NCBI GenBank assembly: GCA_902515775.1
Contig: CABXVU010000001.1
Span: 28,366-92,365, forward strand
DNA length: 64,000 nucleotides
Direction: 5' to 3'
From: an uncultured SAR86 cluster bacterium
GTDB lineage: Bacteria; Pseudomonadota; Gammaproteobacteria; Magnimaribacterales; D2472
The notes below the pieces were generated by a model that saw only the letters and a program-made list of their open reading frames with translations, was not told the DNA's origin and searched no databases. Both the position numbers and the translations under genes were made by a program. Positions within the stretch are counted from its first letter, which is position 1. The number at the start of each line of letters is the position of its first letter. Shown piece after piece: positions 27,360 to 37,690 of the stretch.

Positions 27360-28292
27360 TTAGATGGATTGAAGAAAAGCCTTTATCGGATTTTGCCCAG
27401 TTTGGGAAAGAATTTCTCTTGCACCTGTTGGACTTGTTATATTAATTTCAGTTAAATAGTTACCGATCATATCTATCCCAGCAAATAAAATACCCTCTTG
27501 GACTAGTAACTTTCCAATTTCCTTGCTTGCTTTAATTTGATCAATGGATAATTCTCGGGCTTCGCCTCTGCCACCGGCTGCAAGATTGCCCTTGAAGCTT
27601 CCTTTTTGAGGAATTCTTGCCAATGCAATTGGAAAAGGCTCGCCATGAATTATAAGTATTCGGTAATCTCCATCATAAATTTCAGGTAAAAAATTTTGAA
27701 CCATAACCATTGTTTGATAATTATTAGTAAGCAATTTAAAAATTTTTAGATGATCCTCTGAAGTCTCATCAAACTTATAGATCGAATCTCCGCCCATCCC
27801 ATTAAGGGGTTTAAGTATAACGTTAGAGTATTTTTCTTTAAATAACTTGAAGTCTTCTTCTTTGCATATAACGCTCGTATCAGTCATCCAATCAGCAAAT
27901 TTAAGAGCAAAAATCTTTTCATTAAACTTCATTAAAGCTGATGGTCTATTTAATATATTGGCCCCTTCAGATTCTGCCTGAGATAAGATATGCAAAGCAT
28001 TCATATAGTCCTCATCAACCGGTGGGTCTTTTCTCATAAATATATAATCAAAATCTTTAAGCATTTTAACTTCATCAACTATCTCACCAACTTGCGGATG
28101 CTTAAAAGGATCTTTGATTAAAGAAAATTCTGTAAAAGTTTGATGCTCCTTATAAAGGAGGTCTTTCATTTCGCATTGAAGGATTTGTCCACCCATGCTG
28201 AAGACTTCTTGCATCCATAAAACAGTTGTATCTTTTTTTGGATCTAAGCTTTTTAAGGGATCAGTAATAAATAGTGAAGAAGTACCTTGCAT
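27360..28292 (-). CDS. gshB: glutathione synthetase
   Basis: 310 aa with an ATP-grasp domain. FMRKDPPVD, LKPLNGMGG, NLAAGGRG and EINITSPTG. Confidence 0.92.
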   Translation of the reverse strand: MQGTSSLFITDPLKSLDPKKDTTVLWMQEVFSMGGQILQCEMKDLLYKEHQTFTEFSLIKDPFKHPQVGEIVDEVKMLKDFDYIFMRKDPPVDEDYMNALHILSQAESEGANILNRPSALMKFNEKIFALKFADWMTDTSVICKEEDFKLFKEKYSNVILKPLNGMGGDSIYKFDETSEDHLKIFKLLTNNYQTMVMVQNFLPEIYDGDYRILIIHGEPFPIALARIPQKGSFKGNLAAGGRGEARELSIDQIKASKEIGKLLVQEGILFAGIDMIGNYLTEINITSPTGAREILSQTGQNPIKAFLQSI

Positions 28293-29035
28293 TAATGTTC
28301 TCCAAGCAAGGTATGGAATTTAGAAATTCCAACAACAGGAGCAGTTTCTGCACGCAATACATAATGTCCAATTTTTCGAGACTTTAATCCTAATGCATTC
28401 ATAGTTTCGCGTTCTTTTTCTGAGTAACCCGATTCAGGTCCTGTAATAATACTAATTTCATTTAATCTCAAACTTTCATTATCTTTAAGAAATTGATTAG
28501 CAATTGTATCAAGAACGAATAATCCTTCGAAATTTGTATTTCCCTCAATGCTTTGAAGGCATTGTCTGAGGTCATTAAAAAATTTTATTTCTGGGAGATG
28601 ATTACAGCCAGATTGTTCACATGCAAGGATCGCAACTTCCTTAAGGCGATCATTTAATTTTGATAGGTCTTTCTTGGCCAATGATTGATCCAGAAGTTCG
28701 GGTTTGTATATAACTAGTGAGTTGACTCCAAGCTCAACAAGCTTTTGCAATGAATAAATTAGATTCTCTTTTTTAATGTATGGAATGATTGCTTGATAAA
28801 ATTTTAGATGAGGATTTTGTATGAATGAAATGCCATCAACTTCGAATTTGATATAAGCTTTAGCAATCTCCTGAATAGCTCCATTAGCTAAAGATCCCTT
28901 ACCATCAAATAGTTCCACAGGATCATTTGGTTTCAGCCTAAGAACCTTGGCAAGATGATGGATTTGTTTTATGTTGGTGCACTTATAAGATGGTGAAGAT
29001 AGTTCAGGACAAAAAATTCTTGGTTTTCTCATCAT
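28292..29035 (-). CDS. rsmE: 16S rRNA (uracil1498-N3)-methyltransferase
   Basis: The N-terminal (M)MRKPRIF resembles E. coli MRIPRIY. ITGPESGYSEKE motif. Its stop shares one base with the gshB start (TAATG). Confidence 0.85.
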   Translation of the reverse strand: MMRKPRIFCPELSSPSYKCTNIKQIHHLAKVLRLKPNDPVELFDGKGSLANGAIQEIAKAYIKFEVDGISFIQNPHLKFYQAIIPYIKKENLIYSLQKLVELGVNSLVIYKPELLDQSLAKKDLSKLNDRLKEVAILACEQSGCNHLPEIKFFNDLRQCLQSIEGNTNFEGLFVLDTIANQFLKDNESLRLNEISIITGPESGYSEKERETMNALGLKSRKIGHYVLRAETAPVVGISKFHTLLGEH

Positions 29036-29060
29036 TCAATTATAATTAAAATTTCTGAAA

Positions 29061-29621
29061 ATGAATCAAAGTCACATCATTCTTGTCAGACACGGAGAGG
29101 CATCTAGTGGCTGGGCGACACATCCTGATCCTGGTTTAAGTAAAGAAGGTCGACTGCAAGCTAAAATAACTGGGAATGATTTAATTGATAAAATTTCTAG
29201 CTATCAGCTTTGCTCTAGTCCCAAAAAAAGAGCTCTTGAAACCATGGAAATTATTAATCATGAAAATAGATATCCTGTAGAAGTTAATTCTCATTTTATT
29301 GAGATTCCTTCAGACAATATTGACAAAAATAAGAAAAATGACTGGTTAGGTTATATTTTTCAATGTCCAATTGGTGAACTACCTAATTCAGTAAAAAAGT
29401 GGCGCAATAATTTAGTACACTGGCTGCAAAATGCTGAGGGTAATTATATTATTACTACACACTTTATGGTGATCAATACATTGGTCTCTTACATCTTTAA
29501 TAATAATGTAATTTCATATTTTCACCCCAATTATGCCTCTCGAACAGAAATATTTATAAAAAATGGAGAGTTGGTGCAATTAATTTTAGGAGATGTTAAA
29601 AAAACTGTTATAAATCTCTAA
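29061..29621 (+). CDS. histidine phosphatase family protein (phosphoglycerate-mutase-like)
   Basis: ILVRHGEA (RHG catalytic motif) and SSPKKRALET. Confidence 0.7.
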   Translation: MNQSHIILVRHGEASSGWATHPDPGLSKEGRLQAKITGNDLIDKISSYQLCSSPKKRALETMEIINHENRYPVEVNSHFIEIPSDNIDKNKKNDWLGYIFQCPIGELPNSVKKWRNNLVHWLQNAEGNYIITTHFMVINTLVSYIFNNNVISYFHPNYASRTEIFIKNGELVQLILGDVKKTVINL

Positions 29622-29683
29622 AATTAGTTGAGCAATTTTTAATCAACTGTAAACTCTATATTTTGCATAGAAATTTCTAATTA

Positions 29684-29950
29684 ATGGCTAAATCAGTTTC
29701 ACAGAAAATAAAAAAAAAGCCTCTTAGCGAACAGGTTAAGAAAGCAATGAAAAAATATTTTACCGCCCTTGGTGATACCAATCCTACAAATGTCTATGAA
29801 TTGGTGATGGCTGAAGTCGAACCTGAGCTTTTGAAAGCAGTAATGAGGCATACTAATAATAATCAATCAAAGGCTGCAAATGTATTAGGATTAAATAGAG
29901 CCACCCTAAGAAAAAAATTACATAAATATAACATTCTAGAAAAATCATGA
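29684..29950 (+). CDS. fis: DNA-binding protein Fis
   Basis: 88 aa. C-terminal helix-turn-helix NQSKAANVLGLNRATLRKKLHKYNI. Sits immediately upstream of purH, as in pseudomonads. Confidence 0.85.
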   Translation: MAKSVSQKIKKKPLSEQVKKAMKKYFTALGDTNPTNVYELVMAEVEPELLKAVMRHTNNNQSKAANVLGLNRATLRKKLHKYNILEKS

Positions 29951-31485
29951 CTCTGATTTCTCCAAAAACTGCTTTAGTTAGTCTTTCGGATAAATCTAAT
30001 TTAGATCAATTAATAGAATTCTTAGTAAATCAAGAAGTGAAAATTATTTCAACTGGGGGAACTTACAATGCCATTAAAGAAATTACTGATGAGGTATTAG
30101 AAGTTTCTGAATTTACCGGCTTTGATGAAATGATGGATGGTCGAGTGAAAACTTTGCATCCAAAAATTCATGCTGGGATTCTGGCAAGAAGAGAGACCGA
30201 TATAGAGATTTTAGCCGACAGAGGCTTTGAGGTCATTGATATGGTTATTGTAAACCTATATCCATTTCAAGAAACGATTGCCTCGGGTTGCTCATTCGAG
30301 GAAGCCATTGAAAAAATTGATATCGGTGGGCCAACCATGATTAGAGCTGCAGCAAAAAACTTTAAGGATGTTGCAGTTGTATCTGATCCAAGTGATTACA
30401 GTCGATTAATACAAGAGTGGGAGACTCAAGGCGGCATTTCGTATAAATTTAGAAAAGAGCTTTCACAAAAAGTATTTCAGCTTATGACTGAATATAATGC
30501 TTCTATAGCAAATTACTTCAAAGATATTTCTTCGAATGCTCATCAATACGACTTTGAAAAAAGTGAATCATTGAGATATGGAGAAAACCCTCATCAAACT
30601 GCGAATTTATTAACATTCTCTAATTTAAAGCATAAAAATATTGCCAATGCGGATGTGCTTCAGGGCAAAGAGCTTTCCTATAATAATATAGTTGACGCCG
30701 ACGCTGCATGGGAGTGTGTTAGGGCATTTGATGAACCAGCATGTGTAATTGTTAAACATGCTAATCCCTGTGGAGTTGCTGAAGCTAATAGTATTTATGA
30801 TGCATATGACCTAGCCTTTAAAACTGATCCAACTTCAGCATTTGGTGGAATCATTGCATTTAATAGAGAGCTAGATAAAGTAACTGCTGAAGAAATTAAT
30901 TCTCGTCAATTTGTTGAGGTTATCTTGGCAACTGGTTTTGAGAATGCTGCATTAAAGGAGCTTGCTAAAAAAAAGAATATCAGGGTGCTATGCGTGGACC
31001 TAGAGCAAGATAATCCATATCCAGGGGTCATCAAAAAAGTCTCTGGAGGAATATTAATACAAAGCGATGATACTTTGATTGTTCCCGAAGCAAACCTTAA
31101 ATGCGTAACAAAAAGACAGCCTTCGAAAGATGAAATCAATGATCTTATGTTTGCGTGGAGAGTTGCAAAATTTGTCAAATCTAATGCAATTATTTATGCA
31201 AAAAATAAACAAACCATTGGAATTGGTGCGGGACAAATGAGTAGAGTAATTAGTGCTGAAATTGCCAATCTTAAGGCAAGAGAGGAAGGATTAGAGGTGA
31301 AAGGAGCCGTAATGGCATCAGATGCATTTTTTCCATTCAGAGATGGCATAGATAAAGCAGCCTCAAGCGGAATCGCAGCTATTATTCAGCCAGGTGGGTC
31401 AATCAGAGATGAAGAGGTCATATCGGCTGCTGATGAAAATAATATAGCTATGATGTTTACTTCAAATCGCCACTTCAGACACTAA
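29947..31485 (+). CDS. purH: bifunctional AICAR transformylase / IMP cyclohydrolase
   Basis: ALVSLSDKSNL, GRVKTLHP, YGENPHQ and the C-terminal NRHFRH. Confidence 0.97.
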   Translation: MTLISPKTALVSLSDKSNLDQLIEFLVNQEVKIISTGGTYNAIKEITDEVLEVSEFTGFDEMMDGRVKTLHPKIHAGILARRETDIEILADRGFEVIDMVIVNLYPFQETIASGCSFEEAIEKIDIGGPTMIRAAAKNFKDVAVVSDPSDYSRLIQEWETQGGISYKFRKELSQKVFQLMTEYNASIANYFKDISSNAHQYDFEKSESLRYGENPHQTANLLTFSNLKHKNIANADVLQGKELSYNNIVDADAAWECVRAFDEPACVIVKHANPCGVAEANSIYDAYDLAFKTDPTSAFGGIIAFNRELDKVTAEEINSRQFVEVILATGFENAALKELAKKKNIRVLCVDLEQDNPYPGVIKKVSGGILIQSDDTLIVPEANLKCVTKRQPSKDEINDLMFAWRVAKFVKSNAIIYAKNKQTIGIGAGQMSRVISAEIANLKAREEGLEVKGAVMASDAFFPFRDGIDKAASSGIAAIIQPGGSIRDEEVISAADENNIAMMFTSNRHFRH

Positions 31486-31486
31486 G

Positions 31487-32755
31487 ATGAATATTCTAGT
31501 TATTGGATCCGGCGGAAGAGAGCATGCTTTGGCATGGAAAGCGGCGCAAGACCAATCTGTTTTTGAGGTATTTGTTTGCCCAGGAAATGCAGGGACATCG
31601 TTAGAAAATAAACTATCTAATATTTCTATCAACATAAATAAATTTAAAGATGTAAAAGATTTTTGTATTGAGAAAAATATTGCCTTAGTTATTGTTGGTC
31701 CCGAGCAACCCCTTGTAGACGGACTGGTAGATTATTTGCAAAAAAGTAACATTAAAACCTTTGGGCCCTCAAGTGCTGCAGCTCAATTAGAGGGATCAAA
31801 AACATTTTCAAAAAATTTTTTTGTAAAATATGGGATTCCTACCGCTAATTATGCTGCATTTAGCAATTTTGAAAGTGCTAAAGATCACTTAAATAAAATT
31901 CCCTATCCAACTGTAGTAAAAGCAGACGGCTTAGCTGCTGGGAAAGGAGTAATTATTTGTCAAACTAAAGCTGAAGCGTTGCAAGCTTTGGTAAGTATTT
32001 TTAAAGATAATACGTTTGGTATTGCTGGAGCAAGTGTTGTCATTGAAGAATTTCTTAGTGGTGAAGAGGCAAGTTTTATTGCTGTCGTAAGCAAAGATAA
32101 AATTATTCCATTGGCGACAAGTCAAGATCATAAAGCCGTGGGTGATGGCGATGTAGGACTTAATACTGGTGGAATGGGCGCATATTCACCGGCGCCAATA
32201 GTCGATGAAAGAATGCATAAAAAAATTCTTAATGAGGTAATGCAGCCTACTATGCATGGCTTAATTAATGAAGGTTCGCCATATCTAGGATTTCTATATG
32301 CTGGACTGATGATCAAAGATGGTGAGTTAAAGGTTCTTGAATTCAATTGCAGATTTGGCGATCCTGAAACTCAACCTATATTGTTGAGATTAAAATCAAG
32401 TTTAGTTGAATTATGCATTGCTGCAATTGATGATAATCTAGATAATCATAAGATTGAATGGACCAAACAACATGCCTGTGGTGTTGTAATTGCTAGCGAA
32501 GGTTATCCTGAAAATTATAAAAAAAATAATGAGGTCAAAATTAAAGTAATAGATTTAGATGGAGTAAAACTTTTTCATGCCGGCACAAAGCTTAATCAAA
32601 ATAAAATTTTTACATCAGGTGGCAGAGTTTTTTGTGCCACTGCCCTTGGTAATAATCTTAGAGAGGCTCAACAAAAAGCATATAGTTTGGTAGAATCCGT
32701 TGCATTTAATGGTGCTTTCTGTAGAAAGGATATTGGAGATAAAGGAATAAGATGA
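31487..32755 (+). CDS. purD: phosphoribosylamine--glycine ligase
   Basis: MNILVIGSGGREHALAWK, VVKADGLAAGKGV and EFNCRFGDPETQ. Confidence 0.97.
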   Translation: MNILVIGSGGREHALAWKAAQDQSVFEVFVCPGNAGTSLENKLSNISININKFKDVKDFCIEKNIALVIVGPEQPLVDGLVDYLQKSNIKTFGPSSAAAQLEGSKTFSKNFFVKYGIPTANYAAFSNFESAKDHLNKIPYPTVVKADGLAAGKGVIICQTKAEALQALVSIFKDNTFGIAGASVVIEEFLSGEEASFIAVVSKDKIIPLATSQDHKAVGDGDVGLNTGGMGAYSPAPIVDERMHKKILNEVMQPTMHGLINEGSPYLGFLYAGLMIKDGELKVLEFNCRFGDPETQPILLRLKSSLVELCIAAIDDNLDNHKIEWTKQHACGVVIASEGYPENYKKNNEVKIKVIDLDGVKLFHAGTKLNQNKIFTSGGRVFCATALGNNLREAQQKAYSLVESVAFNGAFCRKDIGDKGIR

Positions 32756-33387
32756 ATCTAATAGATAACTTTATAAATGAGTGTGATATCGCATTGAAAA
32801 CGCTTTCAAATAAAAAATCTGGAACAGGTAGAACATATCCTCCAGATCCCTGTGAAAAAAATACAGAGAAAATGACGGCTGAAGAAAAAAAAATTTCTAT
32901 CCAAATGATGCGGGTAAATCTTGCTGGAGAGGTAGCAGCTCAAGCTCTTTATAGGGGGCAGTCACTAGTCTGTAAAGATGCGGATATTAAAAAACACCTT
33001 ATTGAGGCTGGGGACGAAGAAACCGACCATCTGGTATGGTGTAAAAAACGCTTAGATGAATTGGAAGGAAGCGGCTCCATTCTTAATCCTATTTGGTATG
33101 CCGGTTCCTTTGCAATTGGAGCAATCTTTGGAAGGTTTGGAGAAAAAGTTAGCTTAGGTTTTGTTGAAGAAACTGAGAAACAAGTTGTTGCTCATCTCGA
33201 TCGTCACCTTGATAAAATATCACCTAAAGACAAAGAAACCATAGAAATATTAAAAACGATGAAAGAGGATGAAGATCTTCATGCTCGTCAAGCAGTAGAT
33301 AAGGGTAGCGAAGAACTAAAAATTCCAGTAAAAAAAATCATGCAATTTACCGCAAAAATGATGACCTCTACAAGCAAATATATATGA
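32752..33387 (+). CDS. coq7: demethoxyubiquinone hydroxylase (di-iron carboxylate Coq7 family)
   Basis: MRVNLAGEVAAQALYRGQ, EETDHLVW and EDEDLHARQA (EXXH repeats). Confidence 0.9.
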   Translation: MNLIDNFINECDIALKTLSNKKSGTGRTYPPDPCEKNTEKMTAEEKKISIQMMRVNLAGEVAAQALYRGQSLVCKDADIKKHLIEAGDEETDHLVWCKKRLDELEGSGSILNPIWYAGSFAIGAIFGRFGEKVSLGFVEETEKQVVAHLDRHLDKISPKDKETIEILKTMKEDEDLHARQAVDKGSEELKIPVKKIMQFTAKMMTSTSKYI

Positions 33388-33866
33388 CGAGATTGTTTTT
33401 TTTTATTTGTTTTTTAAGTATTAATTTATTTGCAGAAAATAATGAAAAGGCGCTTAAAGATAGCCTATTAAAATTTTGGGAGGCAAGGAATACCCGAGAC
33501 TTTGAAACGATTTATTTTTATGAAAGCAAAATAGGAGCAATTACTGGCTCATCATCTGAAAATCATTTTTATGAGGATCCGCCCCCTGACTTCGAATCCG
33601 TTATAAATTACTACTCAAGAGTTGAATCAGATGTTACTCCATCTAACATCAGAATAATCCAACTTGCTGAAAAGGTATATTTAACTTTGTATTACCTTTC
33701 TGGAAGCTATACATACTCTAATGGGAAAATTAATAATGAGTATCAAGCAAGAGTATCGAATATTTGGTTGTATGAAAATGGCGGCTTTAAGCTCTACTAT
33801 AAAAACTTTAATAAGCTTAAGAAAGAGCTAAAACCTATGGATATTATTGCCTATCCAATGGATTAA
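33384..33866 (+). CDS. hypothetical secreted protein, possibly NTF2-like/SnoaL-like fold
   Basis: Signal-like N-terminus LFFFICFLSINLFA. LLKFWEARNTRDFETIY resembles NTF2-like N-terminal helices. ATGA overlap with the coq7 stop. Confidence 0.4.
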   Translation: MTRLFFFICFLSINLFAENNEKALKDSLLKFWEARNTRDFETIYFYESKIGAITGSSSENHFYEDPPPDFESVINYYSRVESDVTPSNIRIIQLAEKVYLTLYYLSGSYTYSNGKINNEYQARVSNIWLYENGGFKLYYKNFNKLKKELKPMDIIAYPMD

Positions 33867-33893
33867 AAATTCTTGGAATAAAAAGATAATTGT

Positions 33894-34649
33894 CTATTTC
33901 TCAAAAAAGTCCCCTCTCATAAGACTCTCGCCAATTAAGAAAACGTTGATATTATGAAGTTTTAAATAATTAATATCATCTATAGATTTTATTCCTGACT
34001 CAGCAATAAATATATTTTTTTCTTTAAATAAATTTTTCATTCGAATCGAATTATCTAAATCAACTTCAAAAGTATTTAAATTTCTGTTGTTAACTCCAAT
34101 TAATGCATCTTTATAAAGCTCTACTCTCTTAAGTTCTTTTTCATTATGAATCTCAATGAGATAATCTAATTCTAGTTTTTTTGCAATTTTCACAAATTCT
34201 TCTATTTGTAAATCAGAAAGAATTGATGCAATTAATAAAATGCAATCCGCTCCAATTAGCTTTGACTCATATATTTGATATTCATCAATGATGAAATCTT
34301 TTCTTAATATTGGAAGAGAAGTTTTCCTTTTGACTGCTTTTAAATAATCAATGCTTCCTAGGAAGAAATCCTCTTCAGTTAAAATCGATAGAGCTGCAGC
34401 TCCAACAGATTCGTATTCTTTTGCTTTTTCAACTGGGTTAAAATTTTCTGAAATAACTCCAGCACTTGGAGAAGCTTTTTTTATTTCCGCAATGATGGCC
34501 TCATCTTTATTAGAGATGCTACTTTTGAAATTACTTTTTGGAAGATCTAGTTCTTTTAAAGAAGATTTGACGTCCTCTAAAGATAATTTTGCTTTCTTCG
34601 CCTTCAAGTTCTCTCTTGTATTTTCAACGATTTTTTTAAGAATACTCAT
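33894..34649 (-). CDS. trpC: indole-3-glycerol phosphate synthase
   Basis: IIAEIKKASPSAG, LRKDFIIDEYQI and IGVNNRNL. Confidence 0.92.
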   Translation of the reverse strand: MSILKKIVENTRENLKAKKAKLSLEDVKSSLKELDLPKSNFKSSISNKDEAIIAEIKKASPSAGVISENFNPVEKAKEYESVGAAALSILTEEDFFLGSIDYLKAVKRKTSLPILRKDFIIDEYQIYESKLIGADCILLIASILSDLQIEEFVKIAKKLELDYLIEIHNEKELKRVELYKDALIGVNNRNLNTFEVDLDNSIRMKNLFKEKNIFIAESGIKSIDDINYLKLHNINVFLIGESLMRGDFFEK

Positions 34650-35659
34650 TAACTATTTGATACTCTCACATATGAAGCTAACTTGTCTGCTGCCATGCCA
34701 TTGTTCATAAGCTCAAAAGAGAGTTCTACACCATCAGCAATTGAATGAACTACCTTTGCTAGATATAAAGCTGCTCCTGAATTGAGAGCAATCATATCTT
34801 GAACTGCAGATTTTTCTCCTGAAAATGCCTCTCTTATTAATTGTAAGCTGTCATCAGACGATTGAGCGATTATTTCTGAAAGCTTACCAAAATTTAAGCC
34901 AAAGTCTTTTGGTGAAATTTCGTATTCATTTATAGAATTGTCTTTAAGTTCAGCAACATAGGTTTTATTTGTAATTGTAATTTCATCTAATCCATCAAAT
35001 CCATGGACTATGAGAACATGCTCCATAGATAGGTTTTTAGCAACAGCAGCAAAAGATTTAACTAAATCTTTATCATAGACACCTAAAATTTGTTTTTTTG
35101 CACCACAGGGATTGGTATGAGGTCCAAGTAAATTAAATAAGGTTTTTTTGCCGATCTTTTGTCTGGCAGGCATTACGTATTTCATAGACTGGTGATGCAA
35201 GGGAGCGAAAAGAAAAACAAATCCTACTCGATCAAATATAGTTTCTATCTTCTCTCTGTCATGAGCAATATCAGCTCCAGCAGCTATCAATAAATCTGCG
35301 CTTCCTGATTTACTTGAGACAGCTTTATTGCCATGTTTAGTAACTAAAGCCCCGCCAGCTGCCGCAACAAATGAAGATGCTGTAGAACAATTAAAGGTAT
35401 TAAGTCCTGAGCCACCAGTTCCGCAAGTATCAATATGATCACCATTGCCAATATTAAAAGTTAGAGATTTATCCTTCATGACTATTGCAGCTGCTGTTAT
35501 CTCCTTTTCACTGATGCCTTTTTCATTTAACGCTAATAAGAACTTTTCGATCAAAAGGTCATCAACTTCTCCAGTCATAATGAAATCGATTGCAGATTGC
35601 ATTGAATGAAAATCAAGATCCTCTTTTTTTTCCAGTTGATCAATAAATTCTTTAATCAT
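34649..35659 (-). CDS. trpD: anthranilate phosphoribosyltransferase
   Basis: DTCGTGGSG, TKHGNKAVSSKSGSAD and NLLGP. Confidence 0.95.
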   Translation of the reverse strand: MIKEFIDQLEKKEDLDFHSMQSAIDFIMTGEVDDLLIEKFLLALNEKGISEKEITAAAIVMKDKSLTFNIGNGDHIDTCGTGGSGLNTFNCSTASSFVAAAGGALVTKHGNKAVSSKSGSADLLIAAGADIAHDREKIETIFDRVGFVFLFAPLHHQSMKYVMPARQKIGKKTLFNLLGPHTNPCGAKKQILGVYDKDLVKSFAAVAKNLSMEHVLIVHGFDGLDEITITNKTYVAELKDNSINEYEISPKDFGLNFGKLSEIIAQSSDDSLQLIREAFSGEKSAVQDMIALNSGAALYLAKVVHSIADGVELSFELMNNGMAADKLASYVRVSNS

Positions 35660-36219
35660 AGATTTAAAAAGTTTGAAATTAATTTCATACCATAATCAGT
35701 ATCAATTGATTCGGGATGGAATTGAACACCGTATATTGGTCTTGAAGTATGTTCAATGCCCATAATGATATCAGCATCATCAACAAGTGAGCTTGTAACT
35801 TTTAAATCCATGGGGAGTGATGAGCTATCGATCACAAGACTATGATATCTGACAACCGAATATGGATTAGGAATGCCTTTATATAAGACTGAATTAGAAT
35901 GCTGAATTTCTGATTTTTTTCCATGAAAAACATGTGGAGCTTTAATAATCTTTGCTCCAAAGGCTGAGCCAATCGACTGATGACCTAGACATACACCTAA
36001 TAATGGGACGCGAGAATCTTTAACAACCTCAACCGAAATCCCAGCCTCTTTTGGAGTGCAAGGACCTGGCGAAATAACAATCTTATCTGGATTCATTTTA
36101 GCAATTTCTGAAAGAGTCACTTCATCATTTCTTTTAACTAAAACTTCATGATCACACTCTCCAATATAATGAACCAAGTTATATGTAAACGAATCATAGT
36201 TATCAATTACTAGGATCAT
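35656..36219 (-). CDS. trpG: anthranilate synthase component II (glutamine amidotransferase)
   Basis: [22 protein letters not shown] and QFHPES. Confidence 0.92.
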   Translation of the reverse strand: MILVIDNYDSFTYNLVHYIGECDHEVLVKRNDEVTLSEIAKMNPDKIVISPGPCTPKEAGISVEVVKDSRVPLLGVCLGHQSIGSAFGAKIIKAPHVFHGKKSEIQHSNSVLYKGIPNPYSVVRYHSLVIDSSSLPMDLKVTSSLVDDADIIMGIEHTSRPIYGVQFHPESIDTDYGMKLISNFLNL

Positions 36220-37682
36220 GTAATCATCTCCATGGCATCAACAAATACCTTAGATTTTTGTTTGCACTCTTCCCATTCATTCTCTGGAACTGAGTCTGCT
36301 ACAACTCCAGCACCAGCGCCAACATGTATTTTGTTATCTTTGATAACTGCAGTTCTAATGGCAATTGCTGTATCCATGTTGCCATTCCAACCAACGTATC
36401 CTATTGCGCCGCCATATATACCTCTTGAGCTTGGTTCTAGTTCATTAATGACTTCCATGGCTCTTATTTTTGGAGCACCAGATAATGTACCTGCAGGTAA
36501 TGCTGCCTTGAGAACGTCAAAAGAGGTAAGTTCTGTTTGAAGTCTTCCAACAATATTAGAGACTATATGCATCACATGAGAATATTTTTCAATAATCATT
36601 TTTTCTGTAACATTCACTGTACCAATCTCTGAAACCCTTCCAACATCATTTCTACCAAGATCGATTAACATTAAGTGTTCCGCAATTTCTTTGGGATCAT
36701 TTAGTAGTTCCTCTTCATTAAATTTATCTTCCTCAAGATTGTTTCCGCGAACTCTTGTTCCTGCTATTGGTCTCAAGGTTACTTCTTCATTTTCTAATCT
36801 AACTAAAATTTCAGGTGAAGCGCCAACTATTTGAAACTCTCCAAGATTTAAAAAGTACATGTATGGCGAGGGATTCAGTTTTCTAATTGCTTTATATAAT
36901 TCAAATGGATCTTTATCAAAATTTGCTGAAAAATCCTGCGCTAATACGACCTGCATTACGTCACCCTCTTCAATATAATGCTTAACCTTTTTGACAGCCT
37001 GAAGATATTCTTCTTTTGAAAAATTTGACTCAAACTCAGATGTATTTGTAATTTCACTAAATTTCTCAACCTGGTTTACTGTTGAGTTTAAAATTAAGTT
37101 TTCAATTTCATCTAACCTTGCTTGTGCAAATGAATAGGACATGTTTCTTAAATTTGCATTAAAAATTATTCTTATTGAGTTTGTTAAGTTATCAAAAATG
37201 ATTAATTGATCTGCTTTAACCAAAAGGACATCAGGCATATGATCTGAGAATTTTGAGTTTTTTCGAGGCAAGCGAGATATTTTTTTTTCAGCATATTGGG
37301 CGCTTTCGTATGCAAAAAAACCTACGTATCCTCCATAAAAACGTGGTAAGTCGTCTAAATTGGGTGATTTATCTTTAGAAGTTAATTTTTCAATATCTTG
37401 AAGAGGGTGATCAGAAATAAATCTTTCATTCATCCCATTGATTGATGTCTCAATTACGTTCCCATATGCCTTGATAGTATCCATGCAACCAAAACCAATA
37501 ATTGAGTATTGAGCCCACTTGTCACCACCTTCAACGGATTCAAGTAAGAAATTATTTTTTTTATCAGAAATTTTTTCGAATAAAGATAACGGGTTATCAT
37601 CGGGTGAAACAACTTCTCTCACCATAGGCAGCATAGAAAAGTCATTATTTTTGAAATCTTCAAATTTTTCTTTTGTGATCAT
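36216..37682 (-). CDS. trpE: anthranilate synthase component I
   Basis: [24 protein letters not shown] and GGAIGY. Confidence 0.95.
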   Translation of the reverse strand: MITKEKFEDFKNNDFSMLPMVREVVSPDDNPLSLFEKISDKKNNFLLESVEGGDKWAQYSIIGFGCMDTIKAYGNVIETSINGMNERFISDHPLQDIEKLTSKDKSPNLDDLPRFYGGYVGFFAYESAQYAEKKISRLPRKNSKFSDHMPDVLLVKADQLIIFDNLTNSIRIIFNANLRNMSYSFAQARLDEIENLILNSTVNQVEKFSEITNTSEFESNFSKEEYLQAVKKVKHYIEEGDVMQVVLAQDFSANFDKDPFELYKAIRKLNPSPYMYFLNLGEFQIVGASPEILVRLENEEVTLRPIAGTRVRGNNLEEDKFNEEELLNDPKEIAEHLMLIDLGRNDVGRVSEIGTVNVTEKMIIEKYSHVMHIVSNIVGRLQTELTSFDVLKAALPAGTLSGAPKIRAMEVINELEPSSRGIYGGAIGYVGWNGNMDTAIAIRTAVIKDNKIHVGAGAGVVADSVPENEWEECKQKSKVFVDAMEMIT

Positions 37683-37690
37683 TTTGTTTT

